Origin: an uncultured bacterium
Lineage (GTDB): Bacteria > JAJVIF01 > JAPKYR01
NCBI GenBank assembly: GCA_965369865.1
Contig: CBDURU010000004.1
Location: 7,201 to 71,200, forward strand
Direction: 5' to 3'
DNA: 64,000 nt
The position numbers and the translations under genes were made by a program. Positions 10,183 through 18,634 of the stretch are shown here, piece after piece. A model generated the notes under the pieces. It saw only the letters and a list, made by a program, of their open reading frames with translations. It did no database searches and was not told the origin of the DNA. How positions within the stretch are numbered: position 1 is the first letter of the stretch; each line of letters begins with the position of its first letter.

Positions 10183-10686
10183 TTAGCGGTCCTCCTCTCT
10201 CAGCGCGCGTTTCAATGGATCCTGGTGAAGGTCGAGCGATGACGGCAGGTCGGACGGCAATCTTCCCGGAACACTTCGGATCGGCATTCGTATGGGATTG
10301 GTAACCAGTAAAGGTGTGTCGTCCTTGTCAGAATGCCTGGCGATTACGTAAAGATACTCCTGCCCGGGTTCCAGACCGGGATCCTGGAAGCGGCCTATCG
10401 GTCCAACCGGCCATGATTTCTCTTTTGTGGGGATCTCACCTTTTAACCTTAACCTGATAAGGCGAAAATCAGGATTGTCCGGGGTGCCCGACTTGATTTC
10501 CCCCGCGAGTTCCCAGAAAACCAGTGCCCGTTCAGGTACGACAGCTATCGCAACAGCCTCGTCGAAACCGTAGGCCGACGGCCATTCCGAAGGTGTCGGT
10601 ATGGATGCCAAACCAGCCCCGACAGGTCCGAGCTGTGTCTCCCGAATATCGGGTTGGTGCTCCCTGGTATTTGAATCGTGGTCCAC
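10183..10686 (-). CDS. Hypothetical protein, the first gene of the glycogen operon (possibly a DUF4912-like domain; unverified)
   Basis: 167 aa ORF ending 4 nt before the glgC start on the same strand. No motif was recognised with confidence. Confidence 0.4.
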   Translation of the reverse strand: MDHDSNTREHQPDIRETQLGPVGAGLASIPTPSEWPSAYGFDEAVAIAVVPERALVFWELAGEIKSGTPDNPDFRLIRLRLKGEIPTKEKSWPVGPIGRFQDPGLEPGQEYLYVIARHSDKDDTPLLVTNPIRMPIRSVPGRLPSDLPSSLDLHQDPLKRALREEDR

Positions 10687-10844
10687 TAGTCCCCACCATT
10701 CCTCTGATTGAAATTAACATCTCCAATTCGAGGTTGAATATACCCTATTAGAAATAGAAAGCAAGGGTTTATAAGCAGAAATTTCTCTACCTTTACTGAA
10801 TTTTTGCCTTTTGCTAATAAAAATAGGAAGAATTGCTACATTCT

Positions 10845-12365
10845 TTATCCCGACTCCACTAGAGGGCCCAGCTCATCCTCCGTGGAGTCATCCCCATCTT
10901 CCGATTCCACGTCATCCCCATCCTCTTCACCAGGAGTGTAGGCATGTACCCCAGGCGGAAAATCGGGATTTGTCCCGATCGCGTCCTCCGGCGTTTCCTG
11001 AACCCATCCAACCTCGCCGGGTACCCATACAAACCGATGCCCGCGTTCTTCGAGGACGATCCTGTCGTCTGATGACTCGATAACCGTCACTTCCGTATTG
11101 GTTTTCGGCATGACAATTGTCTCACCCTCGCGGAACCCGACTGTCCCCGCTTCGTAGATGTTACCGATGCGTACGGTCCGTACCCATTCGTTTGTATCCT
11201 GAATATGGATATCGTTCGTGATTGGTTTGACAGTCGGCTGCAAAGTGAGATCGCTCAACTGGATTTCCATGCCAAGGTCGGAACCCGTATTGCCGGCAGC
11301 CTGCGATTGATCAATAGCCCTCGACCCAAAACCACTGTCCTCTGGATATCCGGTAGTGAAAGAATCGTAATTGAACCCTGGCTGGTCATCGAATCCCGGT
11401 AACGGCTGGAGATCATCCGAATAATCGGCTGGCTGCGGCGGGACAGGGATTTCAGGTGCGGATTCACCGGCACCCGGTCCGAGAAGTGAACTACCCGTGT
11501 CAGCCGAACCTGAATACCGTGGATCGCTGGCGATCCAGTTCATGTACTGCTCCTCACGGTTGATGTCCTCTATGACATTCTGGGCTATAGAAATAATGGC
11601 ATCGTCAGATGTTTCAGAGATCAGGCGGGACAAACGCTGACGGGCGGTTCCAAGGTCGTAATTCGCGATATGGTTCAGTGCAAGGCCGAGTTCGGGAGTC
11701 GGATCGTCGGGAAGTTTCTCGAGCGCATACTGGAAATGATAAACGGCGCTTGAGAGTGCGTCCGTATCCCCATCCACGTCGAATTGTAAATCAAGAGGCC
11801 AGTTGTACGGAAGGACATCCGCAAACCGACCGACCAGGTATACCTTCAGGTTATTGGGGTCGCCGGGCGAAATGCAACCGAGATTGTAAAGACACCCAAG
11901 CGCGAGATGGCTTTCACGGTCGTCCGGGGTAATTTCGAGTTCAGCCAGGAATTTTTTAACCGCGTCGCTGCCCTGCTTATTCTCGATCGCGATTCGTCCA
12001 AGCGATGAGTATGCCCCGGGAATGTCGGGATCGAGTTCAAGTGCGACCGTGAACTGGAAAAGCGCACGATATGAATCACCGTCTATAAGGGATGCCTGCC
12101 CCATCGCGAGACGTGTACGGGCTTCGTTTTGCCTCTCCCGGGTTTTCTGCACCTGTATAAATGCGATTACCATTATGACGATAATCGCGAGAACGGCTGT
12201 TGTTCCAATTAAAGTGATACCGTTCTTTGAATCTTTTTCGGGTTCAGCCGGTTCAGGTTGCGGATGATGTTCAGTAACAAGCAGGTCGTCCTGCTCGATC
12301 GGCTCTATCGGCTCAATTGGTCTGAATACAGCTTCATCCGGGATTTTGCTTTTGTCGTTTTTCAT
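10845..12365 (-). CDS. Membrane-anchored protein with a TPR-like helical region and an acidic C-terminus
   Basis: 506 aa. A single TM helix (ITLIGTTAVLAIIVIMVIAF) follows a short N-terminal cytoplasmic segment. Next come TPR-like helical repeats (LELDPD, ALGCLYNLG, HFQYALEKLPDDP) and a D/E-rich tail. Confidence 0.5.
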   Translation of the reverse strand: MKNDKSKIPDEAVFRPIEPIEPIEQDDLLVTEHHPQPEPAEPEKDSKNGITLIGTTAVLAIIVIMVIAFIQVQKTRERQNEARTRLAMGQASLIDGDSYRALFQFTVALELDPDIPGAYSSLGRIAIENKQGSDAVKKFLAELEITPDDRESHLALGCLYNLGCISPGDPNNLKVYLVGRFADVLPYNWPLDLQFDVDGDTDALSSAVYHFQYALEKLPDDPTPELGLALNHIANYDLGTARQRLSRLISETSDDAIISIAQNVIEDINREEQYMNWIASDPRYSGSADTGSSLLGPGAGESAPEIPVPPQPADYSDDLQPLPGFDDQPGFNYDSFTTGYPEDSGFGSRAIDQSQAAGNTGSDLGMEIQLSDLTLQPTVKPITNDIHIQDTNEWVRTVRIGNIYEAGTVGFREGETIVMPKTNTEVTVIESSDDRIVLEERGHRFVWVPGEVGWVQETPEDAIGTNPDFPPGVHAYTPGEEDGDDVESEDGDDSTEDELGPLVESG

Positions 12366-12442
12366 AAACAGTTTAACAATAAGCCCACGATCCCCATCCG
12401 CGAATATATGATAACCGATTTCAGTTCAAAGTTCGATTAATT

Positions 12443-13843
12443 CTAGTTCCGTTTAGACGGGTCTATGCCGAGCGATCGCATTTTCTTATACAAATGACTT
12501 CGCTCAAGCCCCAGTTCTTCCGCGGTGCGTTTTACATTACCCTTGCAAGAAGTAAGGCGCCGTTCGATCAATTCCCGCTCACAGGTCGATATAGCGTCTT
12601 TCAGCGCTATCTCATCGAAACGCCCGAGGAACATCTCATCCGAGCCGTCCGAGTCTGCCTGTGGGACCGGATACGGCCTTTCAACCCCGGGAATGATCCC
12701 CGCAAGATCGGCAGGAGTAATTTCATCGCCGGGTGTAAGAATCGCGAGCCGCTCCATGAAATTTCTGAGTTCTCGCACGTTCCCGGGCCACTGGTAGGAT
12801 TTTAAAATTTTGAGGGCGTTCGTGGTAATCTGTTTCGGACGCTTGCTGTTTTCCATTGAATATTTCGCAAGAAAATGCTCGGCGATCAATGGGATATCGT
12901 CTGGATGTTCTCTTAATGGAGGCACATGAATCGGAATAACATTCAACCGGAAATACAGGTCAGGACGAAACTCACCTTCCTCGATTTTCCGCTCAAGGTC
13001 CTGGTTTGTCGCCGCGATTACCCGTACATCGACCTTGACCGGTTTCTTGCCGCCAACCCTTTCAAGTTCCTGTTCCTCAAGCACCCGGAGAACCTTCGCC
13101 TGTGCGCCGGGTGACATATCGCCGATTTCGTCGAGGAAAATCGTGCCGCCGTCCGCGAGTTCGAATTTTCCGGGCTTGGCAGCGGTCGCTCCGGTGAACG
13201 CTCCCTTCTCGTGCCCGAAAAGTTCGCTCTCGATGAGTTCGCCCGGTATCGCGGCACAGTTGACTTTAATGAACGGTTTGCCGAAACGTTCGGAGCCTGT
13301 GTAAATAGCCCTTGCGACAATTTCCTTGCCGGTTCCGTTCTCACCGGTGATCAGGATACGTGAATTTGTCGGCGCGACCTGCGCGACCAGGGCACGCAGA
13401 CGGTCGAGTGCGGTGGATGTGCCGATCATGACCGGGGCATCCTCGGCGCCTTCCTTCAGGAGGATATTCTCCCGCTCGAGATCGTGGAGCTTGAGCGCGT
13501 TACGGAGGGTGAGCAGAAGGCGTTCGAGATCGAGGGGTTTTTCAAGGAACGTGAACGCGCCGAGTTTTGTAGCGTCGACTGCGGTGGCGATGGTCGAATG
13601 GCCGCTCATCATTATTACAGGGCGCACCGGATCATTACGCTTGAGTTCGCGCAGGACCTGGAGGCCGTCGATATCAGGAAGCCAGACGTCGAGCAGTACA
13701 CAGTCGACCGGGGTGTCGGATGCGCGCTCGAGCCCGTCGGAGCCGGTCGCGGCGGTGACCGGCTCATGCCCTTCGCCGGACAGGATTCCGGAAAGGGTTT
13801 TGAGGATGTTCTCCTCATCGTCGATGATCAGTACGCGTGCCAT
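12443..13843 (-). CDS. Sigma-54-dependent response regulator (NtrC family)
   Basis: 466 aa. A receiver domain (VLLDVWLPDIDG) is followed by an AAA+ sigma-54 activator domain (GENGTGKE, ESELFGHEKGAFTGA, GAFTGA) and a C-terminal Fis-type HTH. Confidence 0.9.
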   Translation of the reverse strand: MARVLIIDDEENILKTLSGILSGEGHEPVTAATGSDGLERASDTPVDCVLLDVWLPDIDGLQVLRELKRNDPVRPVIMMSGHSTIATAVDATKLGAFTFLEKPLDLERLLLTLRNALKLHDLERENILLKEGAEDAPVMIGTSTALDRLRALVAQVAPTNSRILITGENGTGKEIVARAIYTGSERFGKPFIKVNCAAIPGELIESELFGHEKGAFTGATAAKPGKFELADGGTIFLDEIGDMSPGAQAKVLRVLEEQELERVGGKKPVKVDVRVIAATNQDLERKIEEGEFRPDLYFRLNVIPIHVPPLREHPDDIPLIAEHFLAKYSMENSKRPKQITTNALKILKSYQWPGNVRELRNFMERLAILTPGDEITPADLAGIIPGVERPYPVPQADSDGSDEMFLGRFDEIALKDAISTCERELIERRLTSCKGNVKRTAEELGLERSHLYKKMRSLGIDPSKRN

Positions 13844-14012
13844 GGTTCTTTATGGGATAAAGGATAGCACAATTTCCAACCTGGTGGCATACGATAAACG
13901 TGCAACGAATCCTGCGCATGATTGCGTTGTAGTGTTGCCGTTGCCCATGGAATTTTTTTTTGATTTTTTCGTTTCTCCGCAACAGTCAACAGTCTTTAAT
14001 AGTACGTGTTTG

Positions 14013-14282
14013 ACGTTTGATAATTTTCTAAAATTGTTAGCAGGCTGCTTTGTGGTCATCTATGCTGAAAGGGAAATACGTCCGGCGGTCGTGATGCGGA
14101 AGGTTATCCTGCAAAACCGCTCCAATAAAGGCGCGCATACGCAGGAGGTTTTGATGACTGTTTTCAGAACTTTGAAACTCCGCGGTCACGACCCGATCAA
14201 GACAGTCGTCTCAGCGCTGACGGATTACCTGATCACCGGCAAATTGACACCATTATCTGAATTATTTGACACAGATGGGTAA
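14013..14282 (+). pseudogene. IS66-family transposase C-terminal remnant
   Basis: The translated tail (...FDNF...AEREIRPAVVMRKVILQNRSNKGAHTQEVLMTVFRTLKLRGHDPIKTVVSALTDYL) follows the conserved IS66 TnpC C-terminal pattern (IDNN.AERAIRP..GRKNWLF.GS..G.....YSLI.T.KLNG.DP..YL..VL). No upstream transposase body is present; the fragment abuts the NtrC gene. Confidence 0.5.
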
Positions 14283-14436
14283 AGTGTTACTATAGGAAAT
14301 ACATAACCTGTCCCTGTATTTCTTTGCTAAACGCATGTATACTCCTTTGAGCATTTCTTGAGGAGACCACCCATGAAATGCCCCATGCTCTTGATTTTGT
14401 TATCATTTAAAACCACAGGCGTGAAGTATTAAAAAA

Positions 14437-15315
14437 ATGGCTGAAAACATTCGCAAATTTGAAAAAGATGGTCATCGAATTTATCATGGTGATGCCACAG
14501 TAGTTCTTAGGACTGAGATTGCATCTGATTCCATTGACTTGATCTTTCTTGATCCACCCTACAATATAGGAAAGCAATTTGCTGGGTTTCATGATAAATG
14601 GCCATCAGATAAATCCTATGCGGAATGGGCCTATGAGTGGTTGGATGAATGTATCAGAATTTTGAAGCCCAATGGTTCTTTATATGCAATGACGAGCACT
14701 CAGGCCATGCCATATTTCGATCTCTATCTGAGAGATAAATTGACAGTAATTAGCAGGATAGTTTGGCATTATGATAGTTCCGGTGTTCAAGCTAAAAGAA
14801 CATTCGGCTCACTCTACGAACCCATCCTTCATGGTGTTAAAAATCCGAAGCAATACATTTTTAATTCGGATGCAATTAAAATTGAAGCCAAAACAGGCGC
14901 ACAGCGGAAATTAATCGATTACAGGAAAGAAGTACCAACCCAATATAATACTGAGAAAGTTCCAGGCAATGTTTGGTATTTTCCTCGCGTCAGGTATCGC
15001 ATGGATGAGTACGAGAACCATCCTTCTCAGAAACCAGAAGCTTTGCTGAAAAGAATTATCCTTGCAAGCAGCAACGAAAACGGCATTGTGCTTGATCCGT
15101 TTGCAGGAACTTTTACTACCGGTGCAGTATCACGTTTATTAAATCGAAAATCTATTAGCGTGGAGTCACAAGAAGAGTACTTAATGATTGGATTGCGAAG
15201 AGTACTTAAATTGAATTCCTATAAAGATGAAGCCCTTAAATCTCCAGTAAAAGACTATTCCAAAAAGAAAACAGAAAATGAGTTGACGGGAGGCTTGTTC
15301 AATGCCATCAGTTAA
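14437..15315 (+). CDS. DNA methyltransferase, beta class (N6-adenine or N4-cytosine), the R-M modification subunit
   Basis: 292 aa. Motif IV (DPPYN) precedes motif I (LDPFAGTFTTG), the beta-class order. The gene is AT-rich relative to its neighbours. Confidence 0.85.
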   Translation: MAENIRKFEKDGHRIYHGDATVVLRTEIASDSIDLIFLDPPYNIGKQFAGFHDKWPSDKSYAEWAYEWLDECIRILKPNGSLYAMTSTQAMPYFDLYLRDKLTVISRIVWHYDSSGVQAKRTFGSLYEPILHGVKNPKQYIFNSDAIKIEAKTGAQRKLIDYRKEVPTQYNTEKVPGNVWYFPRVRYRMDEYENHPSQKPEALLKRIILASSNENGIVLDPFAGTFTTGAVSRLLNRKSISVESQEEYLMIGLRRVLKLNSYKDEALKSPVKDYSKKKTENELTGGLFNAIS

Positions 15316-16450
15316 ACATGATTTTACACAGACAATTATCCGTATCTTAGAAGAGCATTTCCCAGGTCATGGTGAGCAGTTACTAGATAACAGCGAACTG
15401 CTACAGTACATAAACATAAAGGCAAAGGCGGCTAATCGTGGATCGAAATCAAGAAGCGGCTTTGCCAATCACTATGCTATATATGTGCTGATCGAAGATT
15501 ATTTAAATCATGGATTTAATGAGAGTGACGACTACACTAAATATGAGGGAGCGCAATATAGCAGACTCTTAAACCGACAACGTGAACTTCCGTTTGGCAG
15601 CAAGCTGCAGAATCATGCCCTAAATCATAGGTTAAACGAAGAATTTCATAAATATTTCCCCACTTCTACTCATGTAATAATAATTAGAGACGTTGAAACC
15701 AGTCGCTATTGGATTAATGAAAAATTGCTGCAAGTGAAACTTGGGAAAACTGTTTATAAAATAGCACCGGCCGTTAAAGCAATTATTGATGCCTATATCG
15801 AAGCAAGGTCTAGGTCCTTCGATGAATTTATGGGTTACTGCGAAGAGATAATGAAATTAGAGAAAGATGACGCCGATAAAGCCATTGAATTTGTCAAAGG
15901 GTTATTGAAACCAAATATCGATGCGCGTATTTTTGAAATAGTCAGTTATGCAATATTGAGGGAATTTTATTCTGACCAGAAAATATATTGGGGCTGGTCA
16001 CCGGATGAAATTAATCCTGAATTCTTGGTCTTATACAAGACAGGCAGGACTAATGCTAATGATGGCGGAATCGATTTTGTGATGAAGCCTCTGGGGCGTT
16101 TTTTTCAGGTAACTGAAACAGTTGATGCAGGCAAGTATTTTCTTGATATTGATAAGGTTCAAAGATACCCGATTACTTTTGTCGTAAAAACCGAGCAGTC
16201 TGTCGAAGAAATTAAAAATAAAATCAAGGAGCAAGCTATTGAAAAATACGGGATAGTCGCTATCGTTGAGAAGTATATGACTTCGGTTGAGGAAGTAATT
16301 AATATAGCAGAGCTCATGTTAAGATTTGACGAAGTATTGAAAAATAATAAACTGCATGTGACTATTGAGGAAATTATTCTCCAGAGCAAAGTTGAATTTA
16401 ATATTGATATTGAAGATGATAGCTTGGAGGATGAATCTGAAGATCAATAG
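15302..16450 (+). CDS. Putative type II restriction endonuclease with a PD-(D/E)xK Mrr-like catalytic region
   Basis: 382 aa. It overlaps the methyltransferase by 14 nt on the same strand and is AT-rich. The C-terminal segment (TGRTNANDGGIDFVMKP...FFQVTETVDAGK) resembles the Mrr_cat signature. Confidence 0.5.
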   Translation: MPSVKHDFTQTIIRILEEHFPGHGEQLLDNSELLQYINIKAKAANRGSKSRSGFANHYAIYVLIEDYLNHGFNESDDYTKYEGAQYSRLLNRQRELPFGSKLQNHALNHRLNEEFHKYFPTSTHVIIIRDVETSRYWINEKLLQVKLGKTVYKIAPAVKAIIDAYIEARSRSFDEFMGYCEEIMKLEKDDADKAIEFVKGLLKPNIDARIFEIVSYAILREFYSDQKIYWGWSPDEINPEFLVLYKTGRTNANDGGIDFVMKPLGRFFQVTETVDAGKYFLDIDKVQRYPITFVVKTEQSVEEIKNKIKEQAIEKYGIVAIVEKYMTSVEEVINIAELMLRFDEVLKNNKLHVTIEEIILQSKVEFNIDIEDDSLEDESEDQ

Positions 16451-16664
16451 CCACTATCCTTCATCCCCCCTTTCCCCTAAAATATCCCTCAATCAACCTC
16501 CTTCTCCCAAGGAGCCCGATACCACTGCCTAAACTCCTCCTCTTCACTTTAACCATCCTCTTCGCGATTACCCTCGCATCCTGCACCGATCGCGCCGGTG
16601 CAAAAAACGATCCGCCATCCAAGGTTGAATAAGCATACGCCGGATGCGCATGTTACATTTGAGG

Positions 16665-18245
16665 TCATTCGTCCGGGTCGAGGTAGGGTTGCCAGGGGAT
16701 GTCGATGTTGAGGATCAGGCGGAGGTTTAAAAGCAATCCCGCGAACTGTTCTGGGGTGGTTTCAGAATTTTCAAATGTCGTTGTTAAAATCCAGTCATAG
16801 TAAATTTCAGTGAGGGGATCGTAATACCTGTTGGCACCCTCATGCCATAATGTAAATTCTGGCTGCATCAGGCCCCATCTGAGCAGGTCGAGAGCCGCCG
16901 CACGGTCATCGGCGGTAGTTAATTCCGGGAGCAGAATGATAAGAGCGTCGTGAATACGGAATAATTCGTCACCGGTTAATTCAGCATCGAGGAATGATGC
17001 CTGGTCCGCTGAAAATGCTGTTAGTATTCCGGAATAGAGTTTTAAAAGTTCACCGTTACTTACCAGGCGCCTCTCTTCAATATGGGAAAGCACTTTACCT
17101 TTAAGCAGCAATGCCGAATCGGTTGTTGTGAGCCATGCGTCAACCGGCATGTGAAGCATCCGGGCGATTGCGGCGAAACACAAGTCCCGTCGAACCTGCT
17201 CTGTAACATTGCTCTCGGCTTCCTGAAAAAGTGCGTTCGCCCACTGCCATGACGGCGCCCGTCCAAGAGCGTCGGCAATTACCCATGCTTCTTCGCCTTC
17301 CCCTGTTGGACCGTTTTCAAGTCCGCCGCTCATGAGGAAATCCACTATTAAATTTACATCATCATCCGTGTATGGATACATACCGCCTGAATCCCATGTG
17401 GTTCGCGCCAGGTTCCAGTACATCCATCTGTGGAAATCAGAAACCCCACCACCATCGCGATATTGTTCAAGCTCGGAGAAGACCATGTCCAGGGCGGATT
17501 GGCGTGCAAGTTGAATGGACCTGAGCGACATCGCATGAGTGAGCCGTCCGTCCCAGAATGGCTGGTCGGGAGCAAGGTCCTGGAGGCTTTCGATCTCACT
17601 GTTCCAGTCCAGAATCGCCCTGACACCGGATTCACCAGTGGCTGCGAGTGCGGTGTGAAGCCAGTCCCGCCACTGTGAAACATCATCCTGGGCAACCTCC
17701 CCAACCGGGACCTCAAGCAGATCACTCCTCGATTCGTAAAGTGAACCAAGCTGGCGAAGAATCTCCTCCGGGATGTTGTTCCGGCCAGTCTGGACAGATT
17801 CAACCCCCGCACGAGCGAATGCATAAATTGCCGTGACACCTTCAGCTATCAAATCAGAAGTCCTGGCTCTCAGTTGTTCATCATCAATAATTGCCAGGAA
17901 CCTCTCCCGATCGAACGATGTTTTTCCCTCAGCAACCTGCTTTTTCAGATCGTCATTGAGAGCCCAGTAGATATCATTCATCTCCCTGAGACGGTTGCCG
18001 AGTTCCCGATCTACTCTCTCCCCCCCTTTGTGAACCCATGCGAAATGGATAATCGGGTGGTACGGATGCGGCCAGTTAGAGATGGCAGGATCGCCGGGTA
18101 TATATTCACCGTTTTCAGAAACCCAGGCGTTGTATTGACGCTCGACATCGTCATGGAGATTTCGCAGCCTGCTTGAAAATGGATTACATGCGATGGAACT
18201 TATTACGACAGCAAGTAAAATGAGCAAGGTGGTTGTAAATCGCAT
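16665..18245 (-). CDS. Secreted hypothetical protein (signal peptide, possible lipoprotein)
   Basis: 526 aa. It has an N-terminal signal peptide (MRFTTTLLILLAVVISSIAC). No catalytic motif was recognised. Confidence 0.5.
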   Translation of the reverse strand: MRFTTTLLILLAVVISSIACNPFSSRLRNLHDDVERQYNAWVSENGEYIPGDPAISNWPHPYHPIIHFAWVHKGGERVDRELGNRLREMNDIYWALNDDLKKQVAEGKTSFDRERFLAIIDDEQLRARTSDLIAEGVTAIYAFARAGVESVQTGRNNIPEEILRQLGSLYESRSDLLEVPVGEVAQDDVSQWRDWLHTALAATGESGVRAILDWNSEIESLQDLAPDQPFWDGRLTHAMSLRSIQLARQSALDMVFSELEQYRDGGGVSDFHRWMYWNLARTTWDSGGMYPYTDDDVNLIVDFLMSGGLENGPTGEGEEAWVIADALGRAPSWQWANALFQEAESNVTEQVRRDLCFAAIARMLHMPVDAWLTTTDSALLLKGKVLSHIEERRLVSNGELLKLYSGILTAFSADQASFLDAELTGDELFRIHDALIILLPELTTADDRAAALDLLRWGLMQPEFTLWHEGANRYYDPLTEIYYDWILTTTFENSETTPEQFAGLLLNLRLILNIDIPWQPYLDPDE

Positions 18246-18634
18246 AGGATTTCTCCCGGCCGAAATTTAATGCTTATATCCACTGCTGTCCAGGATAATC
18301 TGATTTTGGACAAGCTTACCCCATAGAATAAGGCATCCATGCGGTTAAATCATTCTTTCCGGGTAGAGGTCTACCCTTTTTACAGGTATTTTTAAGTTCA
18401 ATTCAACTCAAGCTGTCCATTTTATCTGTTTCGAGGAGGATTTTTCGCTTATAATTACCCCGCAACTGAAAAGTTGTTTTGGACATGAGTGGAAGTCAGT
18501 CTTGATTTTTGCCCCCCATTTGTGTATCCATTGTAACTTGTATGCTAATCAGTATGGGAAATTTTTCACAAGGTTTCCTGTTTTTTTACTGAAATCATAA
18601 AAATTATTCATCCGACCTAACATGAGGAGTTCCG

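Noticed and set aside
13326-14282. 318 aa plus-strand ORF spanning the NtrC-like gene region
   Set aside because: Most of it is antisense to the well-supported sigma-54 response regulator gene and is a shadow ORF in GC-rich coding DNA. Only its last about 90 codons (14013-14282), the IS66-like tail, are treated as a real pseudogene remnant.
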